A DNA stretch of 64,000 nucleotides from Rebecca billardiae RCC1528 (GCA_965240325.2 OZ251234.1:496001-560000), one strand, 5' to 3'. Shown: positions 35,151-47,628, counted from the stretch's first letter. Made by a program: numbers and translations. Notes: generated by a model from the letters alone, not told the origin.

Positions 35151-38041
35151 GCGATGAGCAGGCGCCGGCCGCGCCCTACTCGGTGCGGCTGGCGGCCGCC
35201 ATCGTGCGCACGCTCGAGCTGGGGGGCGCGAGCGCGACGGAGGAGGCGGCGGCGTGCGTGCTGAGCGACGACGGCGGCGAGGCGGAGGCGGAGGAGGCCG
35301 AGGCGGAGGCGGAGGCGGGCGGAGGAGCCACCGCTCCCGGCGCACGCCGCGCACACGCGCACGCGCACGCACACGCGGACGCACACGCACACGCGCACGC
35401 GCGCGCACACGCGGACGGCGCCGGCCGCGCGCCGCGCCCCGCCACCATCTGGCTGTCGGCGCGCGCGCTCCTCGCGGCCGCCGGCGCTGACACGGCCGAG
35501 CTCCGCGACGAGGTCGGGCTCGCGCGCGCGGCAGCCGCCCTCGAGCCCGCGGCGCACGCGGCCCTGCTGGCCGAGGGCACGCAGGCGCTGGCGGAGGCGC
35601 TGGCGGAGCACTCGCTCGAGCGCGCGCGCCCGTCCGACGGCCTGTCGTATGCGCAGCTGCTGGCGCGGCCGCTGGGCGCGCTGCGCGCGCGCGGGCTGCC
35701 TCTCAGCGCGCCGGAGCGCGCGGGCGGTGCGGCCTCCGAGGCGGAGGGCGCGCGGAGCATTGAGGCCCAAGACGACGGCCCGGCCGACCCGCCGCCGCGC
35801 GCCACCGCGCTCGAGGCCGAAGCTGCGACGCTCCTCGCGCGCGCGTGGCGCGAGCACGCGCGGCGCGCGGCGCGCGGCAAGTGGCGGGCGGCGCGGCGCG
35901 ACGACGCGGCCGCGCGCGCCGAGGTGGCGGCGGCGGCGGCGGCGGCGGCCGCGGCCCCGCCCTCCGAGCGCGAGCAGTTGCTGCGCGCGCTGTTCCACCC
36001 CGCGCCGAGGCCGGCCGCCGAGCCCGCCGCTGAGCACAGCGGCGGCGCCGCCGACGGCGCAGACCGCGGGCTCAGCGGCGCCGAGCGCGCGGCGTGGCCT
36101 CCCGGGGAGTCGGACGCGTCGGCGGCGCCGTGCGCTGGCGGCACGGACTTGGTGGCGCCGCCGCCGGCGCCGCACGCGTGTTGCGGCGCGGCACCGGCTG
36201 TGCTGGTGGCGGCGCGCGGGCCGCGCGAGCTGCCGGGCGCTGGCGCCGCGGCTGCAGCGGGTGTCGCCGCCGTGGCAGCGCAGCTGTGGGCGCCGGTGGG
36301 TGGCGCGCGCACGGCGCCCGGCGCGGGGTGCGCCGAAGCGCACGCGCCGCCGCCGCCGCCGCCGCAGGGCGACCTCGCCGCACCGCCCGCGCCCGCTCCG
36401 TGCGGCGCGCACGCGCACGGTGCGTTCTTGCACGGCGCGGCCGCGTGCGCACCGCTCGGCGGCGGCGGCGCGCCTCCTCCGGGCTGCGCGCCGCGCACGC
36501 TCTGGGAGCCGGACAACGAGGACGCAGCAGCAGCGGCCGCTGGCCGTGAGCCAGCCCGGTGCGGCAGCGGCAGCGGCGGGGGCGGCGCCGGCGGCCTGTG
36601 CGCGGGCGGCACAGCCGTCGCGCCGGGCAGCGGGCTCTGGGCCTGGGCAGGGCCGGGCGGCGCTGTCGGCCACAGCCCCGCCGGCGCCGCGGGCGGGGCG
36701 GGCGGCCACGGCGCGGGGCTCGCGTGGGCGGCCGGCGTCGAGGCTGTCACGCCGCCAGCGCCGGGGAGGGGGGTGGGCGGCGCCGCCCTCGGCGCGTGGC
36801 CCGCAGCCGGCAGCCCCGGCGGCGCGGAGGCGGCGGCGGCGATGTCGGCGCGCCACGCGCCCGCACACGGTGAGGCCGCGGCGGAGGCGGCGGAGGCGGC
36901 CGCACTGGCGGAGCAGCTCCGCGCGGCCGAGGCCGCGCTCGGGGCCGCGCAGCGCCGCCGCCACCTGCTGGAGGAGGACCTGCTGAGCGCCGCGCCAACG
37001 GGCGGCGGCGCGGCGTGCGGCGGCGCGCCCGGCGGCGGCGGCGGCGAGGCGGAGGCGGAGGCGTGGGCCGCGGGGGTCGGCGAGAGCGCGGGGGGGCTGA
37101 CGGCTGCCGCGCTGCGAGCGCTCGCACGGATGAGCGGTGCGGTGCGGCGCGAGCTGGACGCGCTCGAGAGCGAGCTGCGCGACGGCGCGGCGGCCAGCGC
37201 GCAGCAGCACGCCGCGGGCGGCCTCGGCCGCGCGGAGGCGGACTGGGCGCACTGGGCGTGCGCGGCGGTCGCGGCCGCTCGCGAGCGCGTGCTGCGGCTG
37301 CTGCCGCCTGCCACCGTGGGCGAGGAAGGGCCTGGTGGCGCGGAGGGGAGCGCGGCGGCAGTGCCGGCTGCACACCCGCAGCAGCCGACCGCACCCGCGG
37401 CGCGCGGGCCGCGCGCCGTCCCCCGCGCCCCCGCGCCGCCGCCCGCGCCGCCCGCGCCGCGCGCCGCCGCCGCCGCCGCGGAGATGGCGGCGGGCCCGGC
37501 GCGTGTCGCCCTGGCCGCCCTCAGCTCTGTCGCGCGCGGGGCATCTGCCGACGGGCCGGCCTCGGCCGAGCGCGCAGGCGGGCCCGCCGGCCGCGTGCGC
37601 GTGCGCGGCGGCGGGCGGGGCGGGCGCGCCGCGAGCGGGCGCGGCGGCGCCGAGCGCTTGCACACCCTCGCGGGCGACGCGCACGAGAGCGGCGCGCTCT
37701 CGGGCGCAGAGGATGCGAGCTGGCCGGAGGCGGCGGCGCCGGAGCCGCTCTGGCGCGGCGGCGAGGAGGCGCAGCCTCGGCACGGCGGGCGTGGCCGTGC
37801 GCACGGGCACGCGCTCGGCGTCGCGGCGCACGCTGGCGTGCGTGGTGCCGTGGTGCAGGGCGCGCTGCCGGCGGCGGCTGCAGCCGCGGTGGCTGATGGC
37901 ACGCGTGGCGGCACCGGCGCCGGCACCGGCCGCGGTGGCGCCGTCTACGTGCGCGGTGGTGGGCGCGGCGCAGGCGGTGGCACGCGTGGCAGCGCTCGCG
38001 GCGCCTCCAACCGCAAGCTATGGGTGCCTCCCGCCGAATGA
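30083..38041 (+). CDS. Giant GHKL-ATPase protein, sacsin-like / DUF3684-type
   Basis: VDSRALIDKVLARYATDFALVRELVQNADDAGA (N-box), ANDGREFSPTDWERIRVIAAGN (G1), GLFGVGFYACF (G2); later LYVGL.PT..GLGCH.AAPFLPTMERSGLDL..WNRELL. Confidence 0.82.
30749..30802 (+). repeat. (GGC)n coding microsatellite, poly-Gly
   Basis: Direct inspection. Confidence 0.9.
32009..32056 (+). repeat. 12-bp coding tandem repeat x4 (GYAD)
   Basis: ggttacgcNgac x4, varying only at the Ala wobble position. Confidence 0.9.
35111..35149 (+). repeat. (CAG)n coding microsatellite, poly-Gln
   Basis: Direct inspection. Confidence 0.92.
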
Positions 38042-38390
38042 CTGCCGAATGACAGTGCCGAGGGCGCCGGAGGCCCGGTGGGTGGCGGCGGCGTTCGATT
38101 CATCAGCGCACGATGCACGGTCGACCGAGGACGAGGTGACGGTGATGACGACGATCGAACAGGGGGACCAGACAGGGCGCGGCGGTGCGCAACCCCCCCC
38201 ACCCGAAGCGGTACGGAAGATGAGCCTCTTAGGCGACTTTTCGAGAAAGTGCGCTCAGAATGACCGAAGAGCTTGCTGTTCCCTCGCCGAAACTGTACTA
38301 CAGCAGAGTACTCAGTAGCCGCCAGCCGGTCTCTTTGGTCGGCGGTAACCCGTCCTCAGCCGGCTCAAGTGCTCAAGCACACCGTCCGTC

Positions 38391-41300
38391 ATGGCCGAGG
38401 AGAAGGGGACGCGCGTGCGCGCCAAGGCGGTGCCAGGCCCGTTCACGCGGCTCGTCGTGGGCCGCCCCCGGCTGGTCGCGCTCTCTACCGCCTGCCTCGC
38501 GCTCGCGCTCGCGCTCGCGTCCTACGCGCGCGGCGAGCCGCACTTGAACCTGGGCACGGGCTGGACGGACCGGCACGCGATCGAGCAGCAGCGCCTGGAC
38601 GGCCTCATCGCCGTGCAGGCGGAGGCATACGCCGACGGCGACGGCGACAAGGACAAGGACGATGACGACAAGGAGCGCGAGGCGCGCCTCGACCAGGTCG
38701 CCATCGTGTACGACGCGTTCGAAGGCGGCAACATGCTGGGCGAGAGTGCAATCTCGACCGTCGAGGCGTTCGAGCGCGCGCTGCTGGGCAGCGCGGGCTG
38801 GCGCAAGGTGTGCCGGCTCGTGTACTCGAGCCGCAGGAAGCACGAGGACGAGGCTCGCTGCGCCTCGCCGGCGAGCATCCTCAACTTCCTCTTCGTGAAC
38901 GACGAGGAGCACCGCGCGCAGTGCGAGGACGGCTTCTGCGCGGTCGGGCCCGAGCAGATGAGCGCGACGTGTGCGCACAACCTGACCCGCTGGGGCACGT
39001 TCCCGTGCCGCTCGACGGTGCGCTGGCCGAGCCCGCTCCCGCCCCGCCGCGCCACGCCTCCGGACTCTCTCAGACACCCACCGCCGCCGCGCGCGCCGCC
39101 TGCTCGCCCCCGCCGCAGGTGTACGACTGGCGCTCCGGCACGCGCGTGCGCGCGCGGCTGCTCGGCGACGTGCTCGAGCGCGCCGCGTGCGGCGACGAGG
39201 CGAGCGAGCCGTGGCTGCGCGACGCCCTGCTCCCGCGCGCCGCGGAGTGCGGGCTCGGCCGCGCGCGCCACCTCCGCTCCTTCTACGACGTGGGCGGCCC
39301 GGCGGCCGGCTTCAGCTCGGTGGACGAGGCGGTGATCGACCAGGTGTTTGCCGTGGCCGAGTCGGAGGCGATGCGCGGCGTGAAGGCCGCGCTCAACGCG
39401 AAGCAGGACGCGCTCTCCGCCACGGCCACCTCCGACCGCGCCACCGCCACCGCGCCCGCGCGCGGCCGATCATTCAACGTGCTCTGGGACGCCGTCTCCG
39501 CGCTCAAGCCCGTGGACGCGCTCGGCGCGGACCTGTTGTTTGCTCTCTGCTCCGTCCTCGTCGTGTTCGTGATCGTGTGGCGCAACGTGGGCTCGCTCTT
39601 CCTCGCGCTGTGCGCGATCTGGCAGATCGAGCTCTCCTTCGCCATCGCGCTCTTCTGCTGGCGCGTCGTCGGCGGGCAGGACGACATCGACTTCATGCAG
39701 GCGATGACGCTGTACCTGGTGCTCTGCATCGGCGCGGACGACGTGTTCGTGCTGGTGGACGCGTGGAAGGCGAGCGCGGCCGTACAGCCACTCACTCAGC
39801 CAGCGGCCGTACAGCCCGCAGGGGCCGCGCCGACGCCGCCGGTGGCGCCGGCGGGCGAGGAGGCCGGCGAGGCCGCCGCGCACGCCGAGGACGACGACGA
39901 CGCGCGCCGCCGCGAGCGCGAGCGCCTCGAGGCGCGCTTTGCGCACGCGTACCACACGGCCTCCTCCGCCATGCTGACGACCACGCTCACCACAGTCTTT
40001 GCGCTGCTCGTGACGGCGAGCGCGCCGATCCCGGCGCTCAAGGGCTTCGGCATCTTCGGCGCCACGCTGATCAGCGTCAACTACTTGCAGGTGATCAGCT
40101 TCTACCCGGCGTGCGTGCTCGTGCACCACTCTGTGTTCGAGGGCCGCGCCTGGTGGTGCGCGCGCGCCGGCCGCGCGGGCGGGCGCGCGGGCGGCGCGCG
40201 GCGCGCGCCACGGTGCTGCTGGCCGTGGTCAAAGGGCCGCGCGGGCGTGGACGCCGACGCGCACGCCGAGGCCGACGGCGCCGGCGCGGAGCGCGAGGCC
40301 GAGCGGCCGAAGCCCGCAGCAGCCGAGCGCCGCGCGGTCACGCTGCTGCGCGAGCTGGCCGCCCCGCTCCTGCACCGCCACCGGTACGCGCTCGTCGCGT
40401 GCGCCCTCTGCCTCTGCTGCGTCGGGCTTGGGCTGACGGTCGGGCTGTTCCGAGTGGCCGAGGGCTTCCCCGAGGACTTCGACGAGCACCACCCGCTCGT
40501 CCGCATCAAGACCATCCAGCGGGAGCGCTTCCGCGCCGCCGAGGACTGTGCGTGGCGGCGCCCCCGGCGCGGCGCCGTGCGCCCGACCGAGCGCGCGCCA
40601 GACCACTGCCCGGCGACGCTCTCACCCACTCACGCCCTCACCCACGACATGAGCTGCGCGCGCCGCGTGCGCCGCGCCGCGCGCGGTGCGCGCGCGCAGG
40701 GCGGCACGGCGTGTACGTCGTGTACGGCCTCGACCCCGACGCGCCCGTCTCGTACAGACCGACCCGGCAGGTCTTCCCGCCGTTTGCAGAGCGCGCCGCG
40801 CCGCGGTACGAGCGCAGGCTCACGCTCGACCGCGCGGGGCAGCGCGACATCGTCGCCGACTGCGACGCGGCGAAGCGCGAGCGCGCGCTCGTGCACAGGC
40901 GTCAGGCGTACTGTCTGCTCAACGACCTCAAGGCGCACGTCGGCGACGGCGCGTTCCCGTACGAGGACGAGGCGGCGCTCCGCTCCGCGCTCGAGTCCTG
41001 GTACGCGTCGGCCGCGTACGCGCAGCTCAGGCAGGAGCTCCCGGACTACGAGCGGTACACCGGCTTTGTCGCGGCGGGCGGGAAGGGCGTGCGCGCGCTG
41101 TGGCACACGTTCAACTCGACGGTGCCCAAGGACCTCAAGAACGGCCCGCTCGTCGTCGAGCCGCACTACAACGCATGGGAGGGCTACGTGCAGCGCACGT
41201 GCGCCGCGGCGCGCGGCTGCTTCCACATCCTGCCGCCCTCCGCCGCCGACTGGTACCGCGCCAACTGGGTGTACTACGCGCTGCTCCGGGAGCTGCTGCA

Positions 41301-41889
41301 GGTGTCGCTCACCGGCGTGCTCGCCTCGCTCGCGTGCGCGCTCGCCGTGCTGCTCCTCGTCACGCGCAACGCGCGCACCGCGCTCATCGCGATCGTCACG
41401 ATCCTCGCCATCGTGGTGACGGTGGTCGGCTTCATCTTCGCAATCGGCTTCGAGTTTGGCATGTTCGAGACCGTGCTGCTCGTGCTCACGATCGGGCTGT
41501 CTGTGGACTACGCGGTGCACCTCAGCCACTTCTACAACGAGGCGGAGGGCACGCGGTACGAGCGCGCGCGCGACGCGCTCAGTGGCGTGGGCATCTCCGT
41601 GCTCGGCGGCGCGCTCACCACGTTCAGCGCGGGGCTGCCGCTCGCCGCGAGCGTGTTCGTCTTCTTCCGCCTCTTCGGCTTCTTCATCTTCTTCACCTCG
41701 TTCTTCGCGATCCTGTACTCGTTCATCCTGCTCATCCCGCTGCTGATGATCCTCGGGCCGGAGGGCTCGCAAGGCTCGCTCGACGCGATGGCGAGCGGGG
41801 TGCGCGCGTGGCTGAAGCGCGCTGGGCGGTCGCGCCACCGCGCGTCGCCGACGGCGGTGACCCCGCCGAGCACGGCTGCGGCGACATGA
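38391..41889 (+). CDS. Dispatched/Patched-family RND transporter with sterol-sensing domain; exons 38391-39017, 39119-40547, 40700-41889
   Basis: TM4 LCIGADDVFVLVDAWK, AMLTTTLTT, TM10 TIGLSVDYAVH, GALTT; two 1+5 TM halves; two in-frame GT-AG introns. Confidence 0.9.
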
Positions 41890-41999
41890 TCAGTCCACCA
41901 TGATTCTTTTTGAAAAGCGCCATTAATTATATTTTTCAAGAAAAGGATCCAAAAAAGACCGCCGCTGGAAGCCGGAAAAGTGACGAACACGCGCCCAGC

Positions 42000-44222
42000 A
42001 TGTCCTCGCGCACACGCGCCGTCGCGCTCGCATTGTTCGCCAGCCTCGCACTCGCGCTCGGTACCGACCCCGCCGCAGGAGGGGCACGCGTGCAGTTCAC
42101 CCTCGCCCTCCGTCGTGCGGGCCACCAGACGGATGCGGCCGAGCTCGCGCGCGTTGCGGCGAGCCGTCACTTCCTCAGCCTGTCCGCCGCCGCCGAGCGG
42201 ATCGAGCTGAGCTGCTCGGCGGAGGCTGCCGCGCAGGAGCTGGGGCTGTACGAGGCCATCGGCTTTACTGTGGCCCGGCGCCTGCTCGGCGGGCGCTACG
42301 TCGTCCTCGAGGGCCCGCCCTCCAAGGCCAAGGTGCTTGAGCTGGTGTGCACCACCGCTCAGGCGTCCGGCACCGTCATCAAGAAGATCTCGTGTAACGG
42401 CACGCAGCCGAGCGCCGTGACGACCGGGTACTTCGAGACGTGGGCGCTGCCGAAGGTGGTCGACTTCGCGGCGGAGACCATCGAGGGCACGCCCATCCGC
42501 ACGGACGCAAACTGCATGGGCGCGCTCTTTGACCTGCGGCTGCTCGGCGCGGCGCCGAGCACGCCCGCGCGCCTCACCCACCCGCCACCGCTGGGCCTGG
42601 ACGAGCTGCCGGCGGCGTGCACCGCGGAGGCCGTCATTGGGAGTATCATGCGGTACAAGTCCGTCACGTGGCGTGCGATCGCCGACTCGTACGGCTTGAA
42701 CCCGACCTTCAACGCGTCGGCCGCGCGCGCGCGCATCGGGCTTGTCGAGTCCTCGGGCGCGCAGTTCGACCCGGCCGACCTGCTGTGCCTGCAGGCGCGG
42801 ACTGGCGCGGGGACGAGCGCGCGCGTGAGCGCGGTGTACACGGCGGACGGCGTCTCGAGCGGGCTGTGCACCAGCTGCGCTGGCTCCGGCGGCAACGAGG
42901 AGGCGGCGCTGGACGTGCAGGCTGCGCTCACCGTCAACCAGCACGCGGACGGCGAGTTTGCGAGCCTTGGGTACGGCCTCACGATTAGCGAGATGGGGAG
43001 CGGCTTCGCCACGGCGCTCGTGGAGTACGTGCACACGCTCGTCGAGCGCGACGCGGCGGCGGAGCCGACGCCCGACTTCCTCTCCATCTCGTTTGGCTCG
43101 CCCGAGGGCTACGACGCCGGCGCCGAGCCGTTCGGCCCCACGCCGGGCTACACCGTGACCGAGGGGCAGAAGGAGGCGCTGCGCGCGGTCTGCGACGAGC
43201 TGTACATGCTCGCGCTCGCGGGGATCACGACGCTCACCTCGAGCGGCGACGGCGGCTGCTCGGGCGCGAAGGGCGGCAAGCGCAGCTACGCGTGCAACGC
43301 GTACCGCGCCCAGTTCCCGGCGTCGTGCCCGTGGGTGACGACCGTGGGAGCGACCACCTTCAAGGCCGGGCTCGGCTGCCGCGAGTGCGAGGCGACTACA
43401 ATGTCGGACGGCCTCGAGAGCGCGAGCGGGGTGACGGCGACGATCACGAGCGGAGGCGGGATCAGCGATGTGTTCACGGCCGACGCCGGTTACAACTTCT
43501 CGTGGCAGCTCGGCAGCCCGGCGCCGCACGCGCGGACCTATCCGGACGTGGCTGCGGTCGGCGCCAACTTTGCCATCGTCTTTGGGGGCGTGGAGACCAT
43601 GGTGTTCGGCACGTCGATCTCGGCGCCCGTGATGGCCGGCCTGATCTCGCTCGCGTACACGGGCGAGCGCTTCGGCTGGATCAACCCGCTGCTGTACCGC
43701 GCGCACGCAGAGACGGCGGGCTCGGCCGCCCCTGCCTTCTACGACGTGACCGTCGGCAACAACGGCTGGGGCGAGCACGGCGCGCCGGCGTTCCCCGCCA
43801 ACCCGCGGCCGCAGAGTGCGTGCTTCAACCCCGCCGTGAGCTTCAACGCGACGGTCGGCTACGATCTGACCACCGGTCTGGGGACGCTCGGGCATGGCGC
43901 CGAGACGCTGCTCCGCAGGCTCAACCCTGGCCTCCCCGCCGAGCTCTTCGAGCCCTCCCTCATCCCCGCCCTGTCTGCGGCGCGCGCCGAGCCAGCTCCC
44001 CGCGGCCTGCCGGCGTCGCACGCGCAGTCTCACTCTCAGCCGCGCGCAGCCGGAGCGGCGGTCGGCGTGCTGGCAGGAGTCGGCATGGCCGCCGTCGCCC
44101 TTGGCGCCGTGGCCGTGGCCAGCAGCAAGCACTACGGGTGCGCGTACGGTCCGGCGCACCGCTCCGAAGACGCGAAAGGAGCCACGGCGGCAAGCCCCAC
44201 TCCGACTCGTGACCTGCTCTGA
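42000..44222 (+). CDS. Sedolisin (S53, tripeptidyl-peptidase I-like) with signal peptide and C-terminal transmembrane segment
   Basis: EEAALDVQ (Glu and Asp), SSGDGG, FPASCPWVTTVGAT, RTYPDVAA, GTSISAP (Ser), FYDVTVGNN, GYDLTTGLGT. Confidence 0.92.
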   Translation: MSSRTRAVALALFASLALALGTDPAAGGARVQFTLALRRAGHQTDAAELARVAASRHFLSLSAAAERIELSCSAEAAAQELGLYEAIGFTVARRLLGGRYVVLEGPPSKAKVLELVCTTAQASGTVIKKISCNGTQPSAVTTGYFETWALPKVVDFAAETIEGTPIRTDANCMGALFDLRLLGAAPSTPARLTHPPPLGLDELPAACTAEAVIGSIMRYKSVTWRAIADSYGLNPTFNASAARARIGLVESSGAQFDPADLLCLQARTGAGTSARVSAVYTADGVSSGLCTSCAGSGGNEEAALDVQAALTVNQHADGEFASLGYGLTISEMGSGFATALVEYVHTLVERDAAAEPTPDFLSISFGSPEGYDAGAEPFGPTPGYTVTEGQKEALRAVCDELYMLALAGITTLTSSGDGGCSGAKGGKRSYACNAYRAQFPASCPWVTTVGATTFKAGLGCRECEATTMSDGLESASGVTATITSGGGISDVFTADAGYNFSWQLGSPAPHARTYPDVAAVGANFAIVFGGVETMVFGTSISAPVMAGLISLAYTGERFGWINPLLYRAHAETAGSAAPAFYDVTVGNNGWGEHGAPAFPANPRPQSACFNPAVSFNATVGYDLTTGLGTLGHGAETLLRRLNPGLPAELFEPSLIPALSAARAEPAPRGLPASHAQSHSQPRAAGAAVGVLAGVGMAAVALGAVAVASSKHYGCAYGPAHRSEDAKGATAASPTPTRDLL

Positions 44223-44525
44223 AAGTACGCGCGTCGTCTCAGACTCAGAGTCTATAGTCGCGATCATCATCGTCAGACGACAGCATATATATCCTGCCTA
44301 TATAAGCAGATTCTAAGCAGACCGCTAAGACGACGATAGACAAGGTGACGACGCGGCCCCGACGGCGGGCATCAAGTATCAACGCCGGGCCCGAGACGAC
44401 TTCGGACTTGACACTTGTGACCCATCACGGCCCCGGCGGCCCGTCTGATCACGTCTGGCACGACTCTGATACTTCAGAGCGCGCTCTCCGCAGCTCTGAC
44501 GAACCGCAGCCTGCTGCGAGCATCA

Positions 44526-46436
44526 TCAGTAGTAGAACTCGTGCACGCCGTCGTCCGCAGCCGGCAGCGGGTTGGTGTACCCGAGATAGATGCGCCTGCG
44601 CGCGTGCAGCTCGCGACCCATGTGGATCGTGTCCGACCGGATCGGGCCGTTCTCGAGCGTGCTCGCGCGCATGTCGCGCCACGCCTGCATGCGCGCGTGC
44701 ATCTGGTGCCGCGCCTTGCGCTCGTCCCAGCCCGGCCGCTCGTACTTGGCCGCGCCGACGCGCACGCCGCCCGCCGAGGCGGAGGCGCGCATCGCCTCCG
44801 CGTACGCGCTCTCGCGCTGCCGCGGCGCACCCGCGCCCGCACCCAGCTGCTCGAGGGCGGGAAGCACCTTGCTGCCCGCGCCGCGGCCGGGCACCCTGCG
44901 CGCCGGCAGCGCGGCATGCAGCTCGCCCCTGCTGCCCAGCGTGTGCACCGCGAGCGCGCGAGCCCCCGGGTGCCCCGGCACCGCGACCTCCTGAATCGCA
45001 CCGGCGAACGGCTCGCGGCCGATTGGGCGCGTCAGCTCGTCCCCGCGGGCGAGGACAATCCGCGGCTGCAGCGGCGGCTGCTCCGTCCTCACGTGCAGCG
45101 ACGTGCTCACCGGCATGCCGCTCAGCGTGGTGCGCGCGCCGGCGGAGGCGGCCGCCGGGCCGCCGCTCGCTGTGGCGCGGTGCCGCACCGCCGGCCTGCG
45201 CTGCGTGATCCGGAACTTGGGCGGCGGCAGCCGCGAGTCCGTCGAATCCCAAAGCCCGTCCGCGCCGCCCGCGTCGACCGTCGAGGTGGCCGACATGAGC
45301 AGCGGCGGCTGCTTGGCGCCAGAGCCGCCCGCGGCGCTCCCGACGCCGTCCGCCGCGGCTAGGTCGCCGTAGGACCCGGCATCCTCCTCCTCGTCGTCGT
45401 CCGACGCGGGCTCGAGGCCGAAGCCCGCGTTCGCCGCAGAGCTGCCGGGCGGCGCCGCGTCAGCGACCGCCGGCGCGCCGCCCGGCGGGCGCGCCTCGCC
45501 CTCGCTGCCTGCCGCGTTCTCGTCGGCCGCAGCAGCCGCCGCGCCGTCGGCGCTCGTGCCGTACCACCGCTTCTCGTAGCCCTGCCGGTAGCGCAGGTAC
45601 TCCGCGTACGCGTCGCTGTACGCGCTGAACGTGTCCCAGAACACGCCCGTGCGCTTGGGCTCCTCGCCCGCCTCCTGCGCCGAGCGCGGCGTCTGCGTGC
45701 CCGACACGTCGGAGCGCGCGGAGTGCTCGGATGCGGGCTGCTTGGGCGACTTGGGCGAGGGGGGCGCGAGGTCCGCCGCCTGACGGTCCACGTGCACCGA
45801 GAGCTGGCCCTTCCCCGTCGTGCTCCCGCGCCGCCCCTCCGCCTGCTCGTCCTTGAGCATGCGCGAGAAGCGGTTCTGCACGCGCGCCTCGGCCTCGGGG
45901 TCGGCCGGCTTGGCGCCCGAGGCGTTGACGGTTCGGCGCACGTCGTACGCGCGGGCCATGAGCGGGAAGATGTCCAGGAACGAAGGCCCCTCCACGTCCG
46001 TCGTCGTCGCCTTCAGGTTCGACCGAAACTGCTTGGCCATGATGATCTGAACGAACTCGTCAAAGTCAATCTCTCCGTTGCCGACGCCCGTGTCGTCGTC
46101 GACGGCGCGCACGAGGCCGCGGAGGCCGCGCAGCTTCTTTGCGGGCTCCACGTCCACGCCAAGGAGCGCCAGCGCGTCGTTCAGCTCCGAATGGTCGATC
46201 GTCCCCGAGCCGTTGGTGTCGATTGTGTCGAAGCACTTCTTCAGCTCAATGCGCTTGCGCCGTGAGAGCCGCCGCTTGACGGCGTCCGCCTTGCCATGGT
46301 TGAGCAGCCAGTACACCACGGACCGGTCGTTCACGAAGTGCACGTCAGCCCCTTCGAGATCCTCCCCCGAGTCGCTCGCAAACTCGCCCTCGGCCGTCGG
46401 GTCATCCTCCCCGAGGCCGTCATGGAGGAGCTCCAT
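44526..46436 (-). CDS. EF-hand pair protein with long disordered C-terminus
   Basis: ELKKCFDTIDTNGSGTIDHSEL and VDDDTGVGNGEIDFDEFVQII. Confidence 0.82.
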   Translation of the reverse strand: MELLHDGLGEDDPTAEGEFASDSGEDLEGADVHFVNDRSVVYWLLNHGKADAVKRRLSRRKRIELKKCFDTIDTNGSGTIDHSELNDALALLGVDVEPAKKLRGLRGLVRAVDDDTGVGNGEIDFDEFVQIIMAKQFRSNLKATTTDVEGPSFLDIFPLMARAYDVRRTVNASGAKPADPEAEARVQNRFSRMLKDEQAEGRRGSTTGKGQLSVHVDRQAADLAPPSPKSPKQPASEHSARSDVSGTQTPRSAQEAGEEPKRTGVFWDTFSAYSDAYAEYLRYRQGYEKRWYGTSADGAAAAAADENAAGSEGEARPPGGAPAVADAAPPGSSAANAGFGLEPASDDDEEEDAGSYGDLAAADGVGSAAGGSGAKQPPLLMSATSTVDAGGADGLWDSTDSRLPPPKFRITQRRPAVRHRATASGGPAAASAGARTTLSGMPVSTSLHVRTEQPPLQPRIVLARGDELTRPIGREPFAGAIQEVAVPGHPGARALAVHTLGSRGELHAALPARRVPGRGAGSKVLPALEQLGAGAGAPRQRESAYAEAMRASASAGGVRVGAAKYERPGWDERKARHQMHARMQAWRDMRASTLENGPIRSDTIHMGRELHARRRIYLGYTNPLPAADDGVHEFYY

Positions 46437-46643
46437 GCTGCTTGTCCGGACCCGAAACCGACAGGGCATTTCTCATTGTCAGTCCGGCTCAGCCGCTCAG
46501 GGAGTCTTCAGGGGTCTTTTGACTTTTCACTCTTTTGAGTCTTTCTGACAACTATTGTACAGCCCAAGCAAGACAGTGCCCAACTCCAACCAGGTTCAAG
46601 CGCATGCCAACTTCGACTGGCCGCAGTGGAGCACTCCGAGACG

Positions 46644-47543
46644 CTAGAGTTGCGAGCCGTCGGAGTCATACGATGAGGCCACCACCGCGGCCCACGACGC
46701 GAGCTCGTCGAGGCAGCGCTGGCGCGGCCTCGGCACCCGTCCACCCGAGAGGCAGCCGGCCAGATGCAGCGCCAGGTCGCCCGGGCGGTGGTTGCTCGGG
46801 TAGCTGTTGAGCTCGCGCTGCGGCACGTGCGCGACCGCGCGCGCGCCGCCCGCCGACGTGAGCGGCGAGGAGAGCACGTGCGCGAAGGCGGCCTGGTCGC
46901 CGTGCCGCGTGGTGCGCACGGAGCCATCGTCGATGAGGAACTGCGTGGCGTTCCACACCGCGTCGAGGAACTCGTCCGACCACGGCGATGCGCGCAGCAG
47001 CCAGACGCCGTTGTTGATGGAGCGGCCGCCTGACGCGCTGTCGCGCGTGATGATCAGGCTCGCGTGCGGATCGGCGAGGGCCCGCGCGGTGTGTGCGTGC
47101 GCGGCGTCCGTGAGCGTTGCGCGCAGGTTGGTGATCACCACGTCGGCGTCCGTCCACATCACCCACTCGTGGCCCCGGCGCAACACCTCGCGTGCGGCCA
47201 GCACCTTGGTCCAGGACGCGGGGCGGGCGCAGTCGACAGAGCGCGAGTCGAGGACGTAGAGCCACAGGCCGTGGCGCCGGGCGTAGGCGCGCTTTGTTGG
47301 GAGCGAGATGGCGGCGAAGTCCTCGAAGGCCGCGTCGTGCGCGGTCACCAGGGCCAGCGAGCGCTGATCGCGGCCGCGCACGAGGACCTCGGGCGGCGCA
47401 CGCGCGTCGCCGTCGCCCGTGCAGTTGGCGGCGGGCTTGCGCCGGCGCGTAGGGAGCCAGGCCGGCGGGATCCACAGCGAGGCGATGAGCACGACCTCGA
47501 GGAGGGCCAGAAGCCCGATCGTCCAGCGGGCAAAGCGTGACAT
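46644..47543 (-). CDS. GT34 (GMA12/MNN10-like) glycosyltransferase
   Basis: N-terminal signal anchor; KRAYARRHG, SWTKV, WVMWTDADVVITN (DxD), INNGVWLLR, DQAA, QRELNSY, LHLAG. Confidence 0.9.
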   Translation of the reverse strand: MSRFARWTIGLLALLEVVLIASLWIPPAWLPTRRRKPAANCTGDGDARAPPEVLVRGRDQRSLALVTAHDAAFEDFAAISLPTKRAYARRHGLWLYVLDSRSVDCARPASWTKVLAAREVLRRGHEWVMWTDADVVITNLRATLTDAAHAHTARALADPHASLIITRDSASGGRSINNGVWLLRASPWSDEFLDAVWNATQFLIDDGSVRTTRHGDQAAFAHVLSSPLTSAGGARAVAHVPQRELNSYPSNHRPGDLALHLAGCLSGGRVPRPRQRCLDELASWAAVVASSYDSDGSQL

Positions 47544-47628
47544 CCATCGTGCGGCGGCCGGCTGATCGGCAGGTGAACGAAAGCCGGACTGGCCGGACTA
47601 GTTCTGGACACGCCGGGCTGTCACGGCC

